Of a stretch of 64,000 nucleotides of DNA, positions 52,703 to 64,000 are shown one piece after another (position 1 is the stretch's first letter; every line of letters starts with the position of its first letter). The position numbers were made by a program, and so were the translations under genes. Origin of the DNA: Phoronis australis (taxonomy: Eukaryota; Animalia; Phoronida). The stretch is from NCBI GenBank assembly GCA_002633005.1, contig NMRA01000800.1:1-64000 (forward strand), given 5' to 3'. The notes beneath the pieces are model-generated. The model did not search any database and was not told where the DNA came from. It saw only the letters and a program-made list of their open reading frames with translations.

Positions 52703-54331
52703 GAGGCGCACTGATACGCCGTACAATGTAACAATTTTGTAAAATGTAACAACTGTTACATTTTACGTTGTTGAGCCTCTCCTAAAATGTAACAAGTTAC
52801 ATTTTATGTAATTATTACAATTTACGTCAAACGCACATGCAAGAAAGGTACTATTTTTATATTTTACGAAAGCAACGCCATATTTCATGAGTTTGAATGG
52901 CATTTGTCACACGGAGGATAACCGTTCACATACTTAACGCTTTCTTTCTCAGATTGTGTAAATCTAATTCTATCAAATGTGCCAGGCCGAATTTATAGAT
53001 GTACCCCTATGTGCTCCCCATGGTTTTTAGCATGAGTAGTTTTATGGTGTAGTCCAAAATGTACAGCGTGCAGCTTCAACTCCACAAGAAAAGAGTTTCC
53101 AAGATCAGGTAACAAGTTTTTTTATTGTTTAGGCGTTCTTGCAATCTTTTTTGACGCTCAAAAGTCATTAACCAATTGTGTGTCCACCATTACAGTAAAC
53201 ACACTTCCCTTCGTATACACAACAATGACATCGTATTTGGCTAATATATATAACGTTTTTCGGGAACAAAGGACAATAACAACATTTTAATGAAGAATTC
53301 AATTTCGGAAGTCAATTTGATAGAAAAAAAATCAGTTTTAGTGCACGATAGTTTGGTTTATTTAGGCTATTGTTTTATTATCCTGGAGTCATCGCTAATG
53401 CAGAAATTGCCCTGCTCCACAAAAAAAGAGAAAAACCAAAGTTGCTGATGCCGACGGGTTCTGTCTACCACCTTAATGGAAGAAAATAAAAGCACGGATC
53501 TATTTGCCTGCAAGTTGATGAATTTTGCCAAAACAACAACAAAATATCGCCTTTGAGAAGGGCTAGTCAATAGTTTATTAAAGTGGCCGCATAGTAACTT
53601 CTTTTATAAAGCTTAAAAGCTGAAACAAATATCATTGTTCCTATGATGTCAAACCTGTGAGAAATAGTAGGGGTAACAACAGGTCAAATAGTCACGTGTA
53701 CAGGTAAAAATGGGATGCAAAATGGGGCAATTGTCCAAAAAAGCTGACTGTCGGCGTTTCGGACTACGAAAACATGCTCTTTCTTTTTCTCTTTTCTTTT
53801 TAAGATAAAACATGAATTAAAGTTGCTATTTGGTCATTGTTTGTTAGTTCAAAGTACATGTAAATAAAGACAAAGGCTGGCCTTTCTATTATCAATGGAT
53901 GTGAAGCCACGTGTCTCATGAGGCTTCATCTTTGTGTTGAAGCTCGCAGATTAGGGAATTCACGCTTTTGATATTTTGCAATAAATGCTCATATCACACA
54001 TCATTGACTTCGACGTTGGCGGTTTTTTTCCGTACATTCTACTTTCAGTGACACCTAATTCAAATCATTTTGTAAAATCATTGTGTTTTCTAAGAACATT
54101 GGAGCCCGTTCCACATAAAATCGTTGGGTGTTTTGTATGTCCGTTACCAGCTATTCTAATGACCCGGTGACCGCAGTCGACAAGTCCTTAGTTCTCGAAA
54201 AATGTCTGCCTCCAGAGTTTAACTCAACACAATTTTTGAATTTACATATCATCGTGGAACGATCCCAGTTCTTCGACAAGAAATGTTTTCAACAAGAGAC
54301 AAAAATTATTACACAGTGGGTATCCTCACGT
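52703..54331 (+). mobile_element. Second, one-armed copy of the foldback family at 32859-35371
   Basis: Colinear with 32859-34543, ending at TATCCTCACGT. Confidence 0.8.
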
Positions 54332-54400
54332 TTAAATGCAAGTCACGGGTAAAATATGACGGTCTGAATTAAGTTCTTCGAGAAGAACTAAAGATGGTTA

Positions 54401-54891
54401 TTTGGACGTGTAGAGCTGGAAAAGACGGGAGTGTTACCGGTGAAGGAGATGGAGACAGAGGGAGTGGAGGAGGCGGGTGGCTCACCTGAAAGGAGAGAAG
54501 AAAAGTCAATGAACTCGTTGTTGAAGATGCGTTGACGAGTTTTGGAGTCAACATGAAACCCCAGAGGCAATGACACATACAAATTATTGGAAGAAGGGTC
54601 AATACCCGAAAAAGACGGAGAAGTAGTCGCATCGGAGGCTGAAGGTGGGGCAGTGAACGTCGGATGGGAGGGGTAGATCGAAGGTGACAGGTCCAGCGGC
54701 TGGCTAACAGTGAGCGGCGGAGCGGTAGAATCTGCGTCGTAGAGCTTTTTCAATTCTGCAGCCAGCTTAGTATAGTCAATGACGGGTGGCGACGGCTGGA
54801 TTTCGGGTAGTGCTGGTGGCGCTGGTGGAGGACGCCCGAAGGGACTTGCAGACTTGCGGGTGGATGCCCTGGTGGCTTTCTTGGGTGCCAT
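54401..54891 (-). pseudogene. Ngaro gag-like ORF1, N-terminal half (3'-truncated)
   Basis: MAPKKATRASTRKSASPF...IDYTKLAAEL...RIFNNEFIDFSSLL. The ATG lies 1 nt after a strong splice acceptor. Confidence 0.8.
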
Positions 54892-55050
54892 GCTGGAAAA
54901 GGAAAAACATACTGAGTAGACCACCGAGGAAAAAAAACCATGGTGGGGACACCTGGGGGCACAACTGCCAAAGGGAAATGAGTAAAAAATGGGAAGTACA
55001 GGGAATATAATCATCCCGAAAGGGAAGACAGAACCTCGTCGTGGAAAAAC

Positions 55051-55421
55051 ACCGCCGAAAGTAGTGGTTAGAACAGGGTATTATAAGGCCCCCTGCAGGC
55101 AAACCGCCGAAATAGAATTGAGCGAGCGAGGTGTAAAAAGTGGAAACAAGAGGTACAACCCCTAGGAGGGATAGAGAAATAACTAGAGGGCTATGTAAGC
55201 CAGAACAAGGAGAAAAAACCTCCAAGTAACCGCCGAAATAATGTGTAGTTGGCAGGGATTAAGCCCCCCTGAGGGCAAACCGCCGAAAGTGAAAGAATTG
55301 AGAGGAGGCGAATATGGGGATATAATAATCCCATGAGGGAAGAACCTCGTGGAGAATACCGCCGAAAAGGAGACTAATATGACAGGGCATTATAAGGCCC
55401 CCTGTAGGCAAACCGCCGAAA
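55051..55421. repeat. Array of six ACCGCCGAAA motifs in three pairs
   Basis: Motif starts at 55051/55103, 55229/55279 and 55358/55412. Confidence 0.85.
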
Positions 55422-55529
55422 GTCAATACTTAGAACGAGGTGTAAAGTAAGGGTCCGAATGTAATGATACAAAAACTACCAGGAATAACTGGACGGAAAG
55501 GGGAGGGGAGCGGGAAGGGTGGGGCGGAA

Positions 55530-56132
55530 CTAGAGGGTGAGAAGGCCAAGTTCACGAAGGTGGTGACCGATGGCCACGCGAATGCTGAAGGCGTGTTTAT
55601 GAAGGCCAGAGTGGTTAAAGTGGATGCCGTCGGGGCGGTAGAGGTGGTTGGGGTTAGCCCAGAAACCTCCCTTGTGAGTCCAAAAATGAATGTGGGGCTC
55701 GTGGGATAGGAGGGATTTAAGTGCTGAATTGAAGGAGAGAAGGCGAGAACGAAAACGCCTACCGGCGTGTAATCGGTGAAACGCCTGTCCGACGAGGACC
55801 CGACGGACGTCGTAGGCAATTAACAAGAAACGGGCGAAAGAAACGAGGTGGGAGGCCAAGGCGTGGGGTGAGATGGTGGTGGAGTGGAGGTCATTCCCTC
55901 CGATCTGGAGAAAAACGAGGTCAGGAGAGGAACGGGGAAGGGAACGGGTGGCCGGTTGGATGGACTTAGGGCCGGGGAGAAGGGTCCCGCCCGATATGCC
56001 CAGGGACGAAATAGTGACCTGGGAAGGGCGGAAGCCGTAGTTATGGAGGTAGCGGGCCTGGGGAGCGTCGGACACGAAGTTGTGCAGCCAACGAACGTAG
56101 GAACTGCCAAGGATGAGAACATGGGGCGACAT
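55530..56132 (-). CDS. SGNH/GDSL-family hydrolase (esterase), 200 aa, retrotransposon-borne
   Basis: Block I LILGSSYV, block II LGISGG, block III QIGGNDL and block V DGIH are all present in an uninterrupted ORF. Confidence 0.85.
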   Translation of the reverse strand: MSPHVLILGSSYVRWLHNFVSDAPQARYLHNYGFRPSQVTISSLGISGGTLLPGPKSIQPATRSLPRSSPDLVFLQIGGNDLHSTTISPHALASHLVSFARFLLIAYDVRRVLVGQAFHRLHAGRRFRSRLLSFNSALKSLLSHEPHIHFWTHKGGFWANPNHLYRPDGIHFNHSGLHKHAFSIRVAIGHHLRELGLLTL

Positions 56133-57977
56133 GGGGTATAACGTGAATAAAAAGGTTGGTTAAAATCAGAAAAAACGGGACTTACCTCGAAAAGGACGAA
56201 GTAAAGCAGGAACGAGAAGTGACAGAGCGTCGCACCCGAACGGAGTAAGGGTCAAAGGTCGAAAGGAAACGAAGAAATGCAAACAAAAAATGAAGAGAAC
56301 GAACGTAGGTCTTGTAGATGACGAGGTAGGTGGCTGAATGAGAGACCACGTTGAACAGAACAAAGGAAATATGGGCGACCAATCAGGAGTCGCGTAGAGA
56401 AATGCATGAATACAAAAGTAGGCCCTAGAGGCTATAAATAGAGATGAGTAATGCAAAATAAACCCTAAGGAGTGGTATCAAAATAAAGAGACAAGTGTCA
56501 AAATAATGACGATAAATGCATTTAACAAGTTAAATTTAATTATTTTATGGATTGTAACTCCAAAACGTGTGTTCACAGGGACTTACCTGAAACGGATGGG
56601 TTTATTAATCTGCGTAGCAAAATGTTTCATGTACATCTGTTTTCCACTGCGTATTAGCATGACTTGATTATGCTTGACAGAAACGATTAGGTGAAAATGA
56701 ATACTGGCATACTCCTTTCAAAGGTAAAGTTTAAGTACGTTTTAAAAGGTAAGGATACATCATTATCTTTACAGCGTATTATTCCGAAAACTATTGCCTA
56801 AACCACGGATTCGATAGCGCACCCTGGTGTTACACTACCTCCAAAAATAAAAGATGGGAATTGTGCGATGTTCCGGTCTGTGGTAAGTTAAACATTTATC
56901 GTTCCACGCTAATAAGATATAGTCTATCACAAGCACGCTCATGGCTAATTGCCAGATGGCACTGAGGGGGATTTCCTACAGATCTCTTCTCTAGATTGCG
57001 TACATCAACTCTCGTTGTCTCGTATTCTCTAAAATGGATTGCCAAGAGATCGTTGATAGAAATATAACTTGTCCATAACGCAATTTACATTAAATCATTA
57101 TGACAGAACTAAAATAACCCTATAAGTTAAATAATATAAACGATATCTATGTTAAATGACCCGTTTTCGCGTCACTAATACAGCACTTTAAAGTAATTTT
57201 GAATTTTTGGTTACCGTAAAATCAGCTCAGTCTTGAGAACCTCCAATTTATGATGTCCTTTTGTAAAATATTTGTTGAGCTGACGACTCAGTCAAATTCA
57301 ACGATTACGCATTCACAATAACACTGGTTTGTGGAACCTTATCAACAAGTCTACATATTTTGCTTAATATCTGCAAAATGAAGGTAGGTTACGTTCAGCA
57401 TAGTGCCGGGTCATTAAAAGTTGGCCCTCTCCAGCCGACTTTTCTACTGCTTTTGTACCCACCCATGTTCAATTGTGTTTTAAAAGTTTATAAAAACACT
57501 TCTGACAGATAGAGATGGAATCTGAAGTTGCAAGTGATATACACAATAGAGTCGAGAATGCTTTCGTTGTCGACGAATCTGGATCAACACACCCTCGAGG
57601 TGCCCTGTCTCAAACTCAAAAACCAGTTGGGATAACCGACCTAAATAAACAATTTGTGCTCATTCCACTTAGCTATATGTGAGAATGTGAAACAGGTTAA
57701 AGAAGACGCTTATATAGCAGCCAACGAATCTAAACCTATGAGTGTCTTTGAAGTGCAACATAGACACAATGAGCACTCGTATGACTAATCTACAGAAACG
57801 TGCCACTGAATTTGGACTACAGACCAGGAGCACACTTTGATTGTCAGGCAATCTGAAGAACCCCAGAGGTCCTGGAACAATTTTGAATTCGTCGTTAAGA
57901 ATTTTCCCTGGAATCAGCTTAGTACTGGTCAGGATATTTGTATTGCGAACCCTTGTTACTTTCTCTGTAGATAGATC

Positions 57978-59160
57978 TTTTTTAAGTGATATGTATTTAT
58001 TGAAGGATGCATAGAGCATACAAATCAATAATAAAAAACCCAGAAACCGCGAAGCATTATATCCGGGTTGTAAACAATTCATAAATGAAAGTTATATACA
58101 TAGAGGTATATACAATTAAGTAGTATCTAAAATAAGTATTCCAATACTTAGATATGCTATTACAGATATATAAAAACAAAAATATGTACAGATTCATGTA
58201 GGGAAATCAGATGCAACAATATTGATGAACGGTACATGAAAATTTGCTGACGTTGCTTAGGAGGAATTCGTTGAGAACGGAGTCAAGGTTAGGACTACCA
58301 TTCAGTAATAATGAAACTCTAGTAGGGATATTATTACAAGAATTGAGAGCGTTAACAATTAATTGGTTATCATTGAGTGCACAAAAGACTGAGTCTCTCA
58401 GGTATTCGATGAGGGGACATTTGAAGAAAATGTGAGGATAAGATTGATGGTCACCACATTTACAGTTTGGAGAGACATTACTAAAGTTGTGCCTGAACTT
58501 GTCAGAGTTGAGGAAAATGCCACATCCTGATCTGTGCAATGTTATTTGGTTATCGTGGGTAAGGGAGAATTGAGTCAAGGGTGTTGAGTTATCAAAATTA
58601 TGAAAAACAGTTCTAAAATTTTTTTATACTCGTAAAAGAGTTGCTTTCCTTAACAGAGACTGGAAGAGAATTCCAGTTGTTGATGCACATCATGACTGTA
58701 GACCTTCTGAATGCCTGACTGAACGACGGAGGAATTGCATATGGGGTGGAGGATCTCAAATCACTACGATGGCCTTGTCTAGTATATAGATCAAATATTT
58801 TTTGACAGACATGTTGTTGTGTTTCTTACCTTGAAAGTAAATGTGGTCATGTGAAGATTGCGTCGAGTAGACAGTTTGGGCCACTTGAGACTATTCAAAA
58901 CCTTAACACTATTGGATCCCCTTTAAGCTCCGGTTATGAGTAAGGCGGCTTGATATAATTGTAACTTTTCCAAATGTTGGAGTGCACCCGTATTGGCAGA
59001 CTGATATATAATATCACAATAATCAATGTGTGGAAGTACAAAGCATTTGAACAAAACTTCTCAATGTGTAGAATTCAGATGACGAGAGACAAGCTTAAGT
59101 GGGTTAATTAGTTTTTTGTACGAGCTCCCGAACGTGAGGGGTGAATGAGAGTTTTTCATC
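57978..59160 (-). mobile_element. CR1-type LINE 3' fragment, same family as 51270-52608
   Basis: Reverse-complement match to about 51780-52600; C-terminal SPNCKCG...HIFFKCP. Confidence 0.85.
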
Positions 59161-59732
59161 AAACAGTTTACCCAGATGTAGATAGATCTCGTCAACCAAA
59201 AATTGTCTTCTAATTATTCTTTTAGGGACAAAGAACTTGCTTGAAACCAAAACTACAGTCTCAAGAACACTGGATTTTGGTTTAATGAATGCTATCCTTG
59301 TACAACTAGAAAAGGCACGGGCACAATTAAAACCGTTTTTCAGGACAAAATGGCTTACTTTACAGATCATTAGCTTGTTAAAGACGGCACGTTTTTCATG
59401 ACAGTAACGGATCACCGGCTTAGCAGTTCATTTACTAATGCTTCAAACCGATGCTAGTGTTGGGGATGTTTTTCGATACATTTGGAACTGGGAGAGCTCA
59501 CAGCAGGTAGTGATTATTGGTAAGGTAGCCGTATTCAATTACTCTTAGGAGTGTCATGGCTGCATCTGTTTATCTTAAAAAATGTTCCACTCACGGTGCA
59601 TTGCATTCGAGGCCCGTTTCATGGATATGTTGTCTTAACGTAGAACAAACGTCAGCCCAAATTGTCTTAGCTCCATTTCATGAAATTTCTAAGACCATCA
59701 TCTACCCTATAACCTTACTTTCCCTACTTCAG

Positions 59733-60017
59733 AAGTTCCAGGATGCTACGTTGATAGGAGTGTCTATCGTGACCTACAATACTTTGCATACGCTGGCAAG
59801 AAGAACAGTCGCTCCTTCTGTAAAGAAGAATGCAAGAAGAGACTTTTCGCTTTTGCCGGGGTTCAGAACGGCGATAGTTGCTGGTGTGGAAATTACTACG
59901 CCAAGTATGGTCCAGCCAAACCCTTCGAATGTGAACAGGTGCGGTGTAAAGGAAATCGCAAGGAATTATGCGGTGGCTACTTGCGGAACTACATCATGAA
60001 GAGCGGTTACGTTTTGC
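59733..60017 (+). CDS. WSC (carbohydrate-binding) domain exon, phase 1-1
   Basis: cttcag|...|gtaagt, translates VPGCYVD...FCKEECKKRLFAFAGVQNGDSCWCGN...ECEQVRCKGNRKELCGG, with the full eight-Cys WSC pattern. Confidence 0.9.
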
Positions 60018-61023
60018 GTAAGTATTTAACGGGGCAGTCGATGAATTCAGTCAATTTGAATTTCAACTACAACAACAACCCCTGCATACCTCGGTTCCAT
60101 CTCCATCTTCACACCAATTCAGGTTTTCAGTACATTCTCTAATTTTGACTGAATTTGGTTGTGAGTTTGAGTTCAGAAAACATTCTTGTTCTCTGCCTCA
60201 TCCTCGGCCCTGTCCAGGAACACCAAAAAGACAGCTGGTAGAGATCACCGAGGACCCCTTTTATCATGAATCGTCGGAGTAATTTCTCGCTGTTGCTAAA
60301 GTGAGTTACGCCAGTGATCATCGTTTCTGTGCTGGGATATTGAGCAATGTATAGGGTCTGGAGCGGGGACGTTAAAATTTCAGGAACTGCACTATCTACG
60401 GATGTGAATACCGACATTTGAATTGCACTTATCTGATATATCTACAAAGGAAGTTTGATTTAATGTTAGTCTTACAAAGTTGTTAGGTGTCCTAACTGTG
60501 GTGTTGAACTGACCCAGAAAATGTAGCTCAAAATAGCACCTACAATGCTGATACAGCTGCGGTGTTAGGGACATATGCTCACTTGTCATGACATGTAAAA
60601 CCTATTTACTCAGCTGTTTTCTAATGAAAAAACTGCTGGACTTGAAGTTGATAGGCCTAACATAGACAGTAACAATCGTGTTAATGACATGTAATTAGGA
60701 ACGCTACCCCACTGCATGGAAAAACAAAACACATGGTACAATACCAAAAACGTGGTTCTCAAAGTTGGCACCATATAGGGCTTAATGGGTTATCACTGAT
60801 ATTTATTCGTTGAACATTTTTCTTCATGTAAATTACGCCATCCTGCTGAACTAGAAAGTGAGTGATACATCCTTGATAAAAAAACTTAAAAATGATACCA
60901 CAAGAGGGAGCAGCTCACTAGACGGAGGTGCACAGGTACGAAGGAGCACTGCTTAAAAAGTTTTCTAATAAGGCGAAACTGATCCATAAAACGTTAATTG
61001 CAACTCTTGTCGGCATTCTACAG

Positions 61024-61050
61024 AACTCACTGATGTGCCTGCAAACCATG
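61024..61050 (+). CDS. Candidate 27-bp microexon of the WSC gene
   Basis: ttctacag|...|gtaaga, phase 1-1 compatible, (Q)LTDVPANH. Confidence 0.35.
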
Positions 61051-61550
61051 GTAAGAATCGTGCCGAAGGCTGCATTAGAAATGCCTCAATTTGAGATTTT
61101 TTAATCATTTTCTATTCCGTTCGGGTAGTCTTCCCAACAATTTTCAGCCCACAATTAAAGACTGTTGTTGTTAAAAGGACCAATTCCATTCTTGAAAGCC
61201 TCGGCGACTGTCCTCGTTTTTAGAAATGGCTCATACAGGTAAAAATCAGAACGAAAGATGAGTTGTGAATGACTAAAACGATTAGTTCGTATTTGACGTC
61301 TTTTCTAAACACGCGACATTAAATTTTCGACAAATGCACTTGTGCTTTCTATAAAGATCATCATTGAATAAGAAATATCAGAGAACCCCATTAAAAGAGA
61401 CAGCTTTGAAGTTACATTTAGAATATTCTCTTATTAATTGAAGTTGCCATGTTAAACTATTAATGTAACCAGCTTGTGTTATGAGGTTAGTGATGAACCA
61501 CATGTGCACGTTAATCAACATGGTCCTAAAACTGTTTGTTTACCAAACAT

Positions 61551-64000
61551 AATCAATCAACTTTTTATTTCAGTACTTAGACCTCCGTCCCGTATACAAG
61601 TATGAAAGTAGGAAATACAAGCGTAATTAAAAAGTGGTCGACATAATAAAGACTTTAAACTTAACTAATCACAAAAAACTGAAACGAGCTAAGTTCCAAA
61701 CGTTGCAAGACTTCATCAAATAAATGAAGTGATCACCATCAAAGTTATTACTAGTAAGACAAGTATCAAACTTTCTCCTAAGATCTTCATATACTGGACA
61801 CTCTAGTGAAACCCGTTTTATATCCACAACAGTGTCAGAACACACAGAGCAGAAACGCTGACATCTAGGTATACCCACGTGTCTGCCAGTTTCGATTTTT
61901 GTTTATGATTTGAACATCTAAAACGTGCAAGAGCTGTGATAAAATATTTTTTGTCTAGACATCTTGCATATTCTTCTAGAATGAGTCTATTTATAAACAA
62001 TTTATACTAAAATATAACATTTCATCCAGCCATTGCTGCTCATTTATGTTTTTACATCTTTGTTTGAATTCGTCTAAAAACAATTCTTCGTTACCAACTA
62101 CTTGACTGACCCAAAAAATACCAAACCAAGCCCTGAAAATTAGGTTTTTAACGCGGAGATCTCAGCTTTCGTGATTTCTTTCTGCAAAGCCATTCTGAGG
62201 CAATTTCAACAATTTCAAACAATATTTAATAATCCTAGTAATCCTCTTTGACACCATTGTAAACCTGCCTAGCTCATTCCTACCACGAATTTACCAAATT
62301 TATTTTGAATAATCTCGACATTTGGTTAGCGTCAAAACCTGACAATTCCGAACCATACATACAATAGGGCACATTTTAGTATCAAACAGTTGTAACCAAA
62401 CATTTACAGCAACACATTTGTATAGTGACATGTACTTTTTCAACAAAAACAAGACTTTTCCAGCCTCATCTGCTGAATCTGACTGTGATATTTGTAACTA
62501 ACCTCATCAATGATTTGTTCTCTGTTAATGAACCATTTTTCATAATTACGTAAGTATCCTCCTTAAATACACTAGATCGCGCAAAACATACAACCCATCC
62601 AAAAACAGGAACGTGCCATAGTTCATAAAAATCTGTCAAGGAACTTCTTAGAAACAAAAGAAAACAGAATAAAATGAAATTGCCACTAGTGGGCACAGTG
62701 TCCGTTGGATCCGCCTGAAAGTCGTCGTCGTCGTCTGTTGTTATCTTCATATAAATACACTTACTAAATTTAGTAAAGATCCTGCAGTGGGAGAAAAACA
62801 AAACTACCACTAGGAGGCGCCACAGTGGTCAGTCATCATCATCAAAGTTCGTCTTCACAATGAGAACATATATGCTAATTTTCAAATGATTTGGTTGATA
62901 CAGGGGTAGACACGAAAAACAAGATTTGAAAACAGCAAAAATGGCCACTAGGTGGCGCAAAATACCTTGATTCCATCCAAAAACAGAAAGATAGCGTCAT
63001 AAAACCAATAAAGGTCTATATTTAAAATTTTATGAAAATCTGTCGAGGACCTTTGAAGATACAGAGTTAAACGTAAAAAACTAAAATTGCCACTAGGGGG
63101 CACAGCAGTAGTCAGATAGATCTGTCCGAAAGTCGTCGTCATCCGTTTGTTAACATCATATAAATATACTTACTAAATTTCGTAAAGATCCTGATAACGG
63201 TTTACGAGATACAGACATAGGCGCAAAAAAACTGCCACTAGGAGGCGCCACAGTAGTCGAAATCGTCGGAAAATCATCGTCAACTCAACTGGACTCTTCA
63301 TAGTAAGCACATACATGTACATGCCAATTTTCACAATCATCCTTTGAGCAGTTTGGTTGATAGAGGCCTTGGGCACAAAAACAGACTCAAAAACAGTAAA
63401 TATGGCCACTAGGTGGCGTAAACTATGTCGAATCCACCCGAAAACGGGAGGATAGCGTCATCTCACTAATAGTTGCCTTCCTATCAAATTTCATGAAAAT
63501 CCGTTCAGGACTTTTGAAGCGTAAAAAACTAAAATTGCCACTAGGGGGCTCACCGGTATTTGAATGCGTCCGAAAGTTCGCTCATGCCGTCCCATTTATG
63601 AATGGAACATTTGTGCCAAATTTCATGAACGTACAGTATGTCAAAGGGTTTTGGAGATAGAGCACCGGACGGACGGATGGACGGACAGAGATGACGGCAT
63701 AATGCGTCCACATATAAATATGTGGGCGAATAAAAATAGTCTTCATTTTCTCCAACATTGTTGGTGAAGACACCCTTAAAACTTTCGAACCAATCAATAG
63801 CCGTAATTGCTTCCTTGGCTTCAGCAGAAACCGAAACTTCTTTATATTGCTGTCTTTTGAAGCTAAAGGAAGATCTTTAGTTAAAAATATGGAAAATATC
63901 TTTCTCCGAGCACACATCGATTTGAAATCTTTACGTTTATCTCCATAAATTTGTAAAGAAGCATTGCTGTCATCCCTCCGAATAAATGTCAGACATTATT
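61551..64000 (-). mobile_element. Degenerate RTE-X-like LINE, interrupted by a HINE
   Basis: LARFRCSNHK...R.C..C...ECPVYEDLR zinc-finger tail, AATAAA and a short (TTGA)n end. Coding-like remnants appear to continue past 63736. Confidence 0.7.
62571..63735 (-). mobile_element. Helentron-associated element (HINE) with about 140-bp core repeats
   Basis: Terminal hairpin CGTCCACATAT-AA-ATATGTGGGCG (63705-63728), (GGAC)n microsatellite, seven tandem core units and a CTAGT end on the minus strand. Confidence 0.75.

Larger units (their letters stand above)
54401..56541 (-). mobile_element. Ngaro/DIRS-type retrotransposon, copy B (5' part: leader, SGNH ORF, motif array, gag N-half)
   Basis: 54401-54702 is nearly identical to 31880-32181. 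The 25-nt terminus at 56517-56541 is identical to 32180-32204. Confidence 0.85.

Noticed and set aside
54892-55014. N-terminal extension of gag given in the ORF track
   Set aside because: It starts at a pyrimidine-rich stretch upstream of the splice acceptor; the MAPKK start at 54891 is more plausible.
55051-55421. CRISPR-like array or hammerhead ribozymes
   Set aside because: The repeats are only 10 nt, the spacers are related to each other, and there are no cas genes in this eukaryotic context. The hammerhead CUGANGA core is not met in any unit.
59556-59999. 147-aa ORF from the ORF track
   Set aside because: It is an alternative frame over the WSC exon; the Cys-rich frame is the credible one.

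Overview
AT-rich, repeat-dense animal DNA, probably from a marine invertebrate (inferred from the TE families and GT-AG exon structure). The assembly has three N gaps. Host genes: two single-repeat ankyrin exons (+); a four-exon C-type lectin + PAN/apple-like gene (-); and a divergently oriented WSC-domain exon (+). Retroelements: an internally deleted Gypsy LTR element with intact gag, two complementary fragments of an Ngaro/DIRS-type tyrosine-recombinase retrotransposon, and Penelope, CR1 and RTE-X fragments. DNA elements: a Kolobok, two Helentron-like HINEs and several long-TIR or foldback elements. The most interesting object is the Ngaro-type element. Its intact SGNH-hydrolase ORF and a phased six-motif array lie upstream of gag, inside what looks like a spliceosomal intron that ends 1 nt before the gag ATG. 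All family calls come from motif recognition by eye, not database searches.
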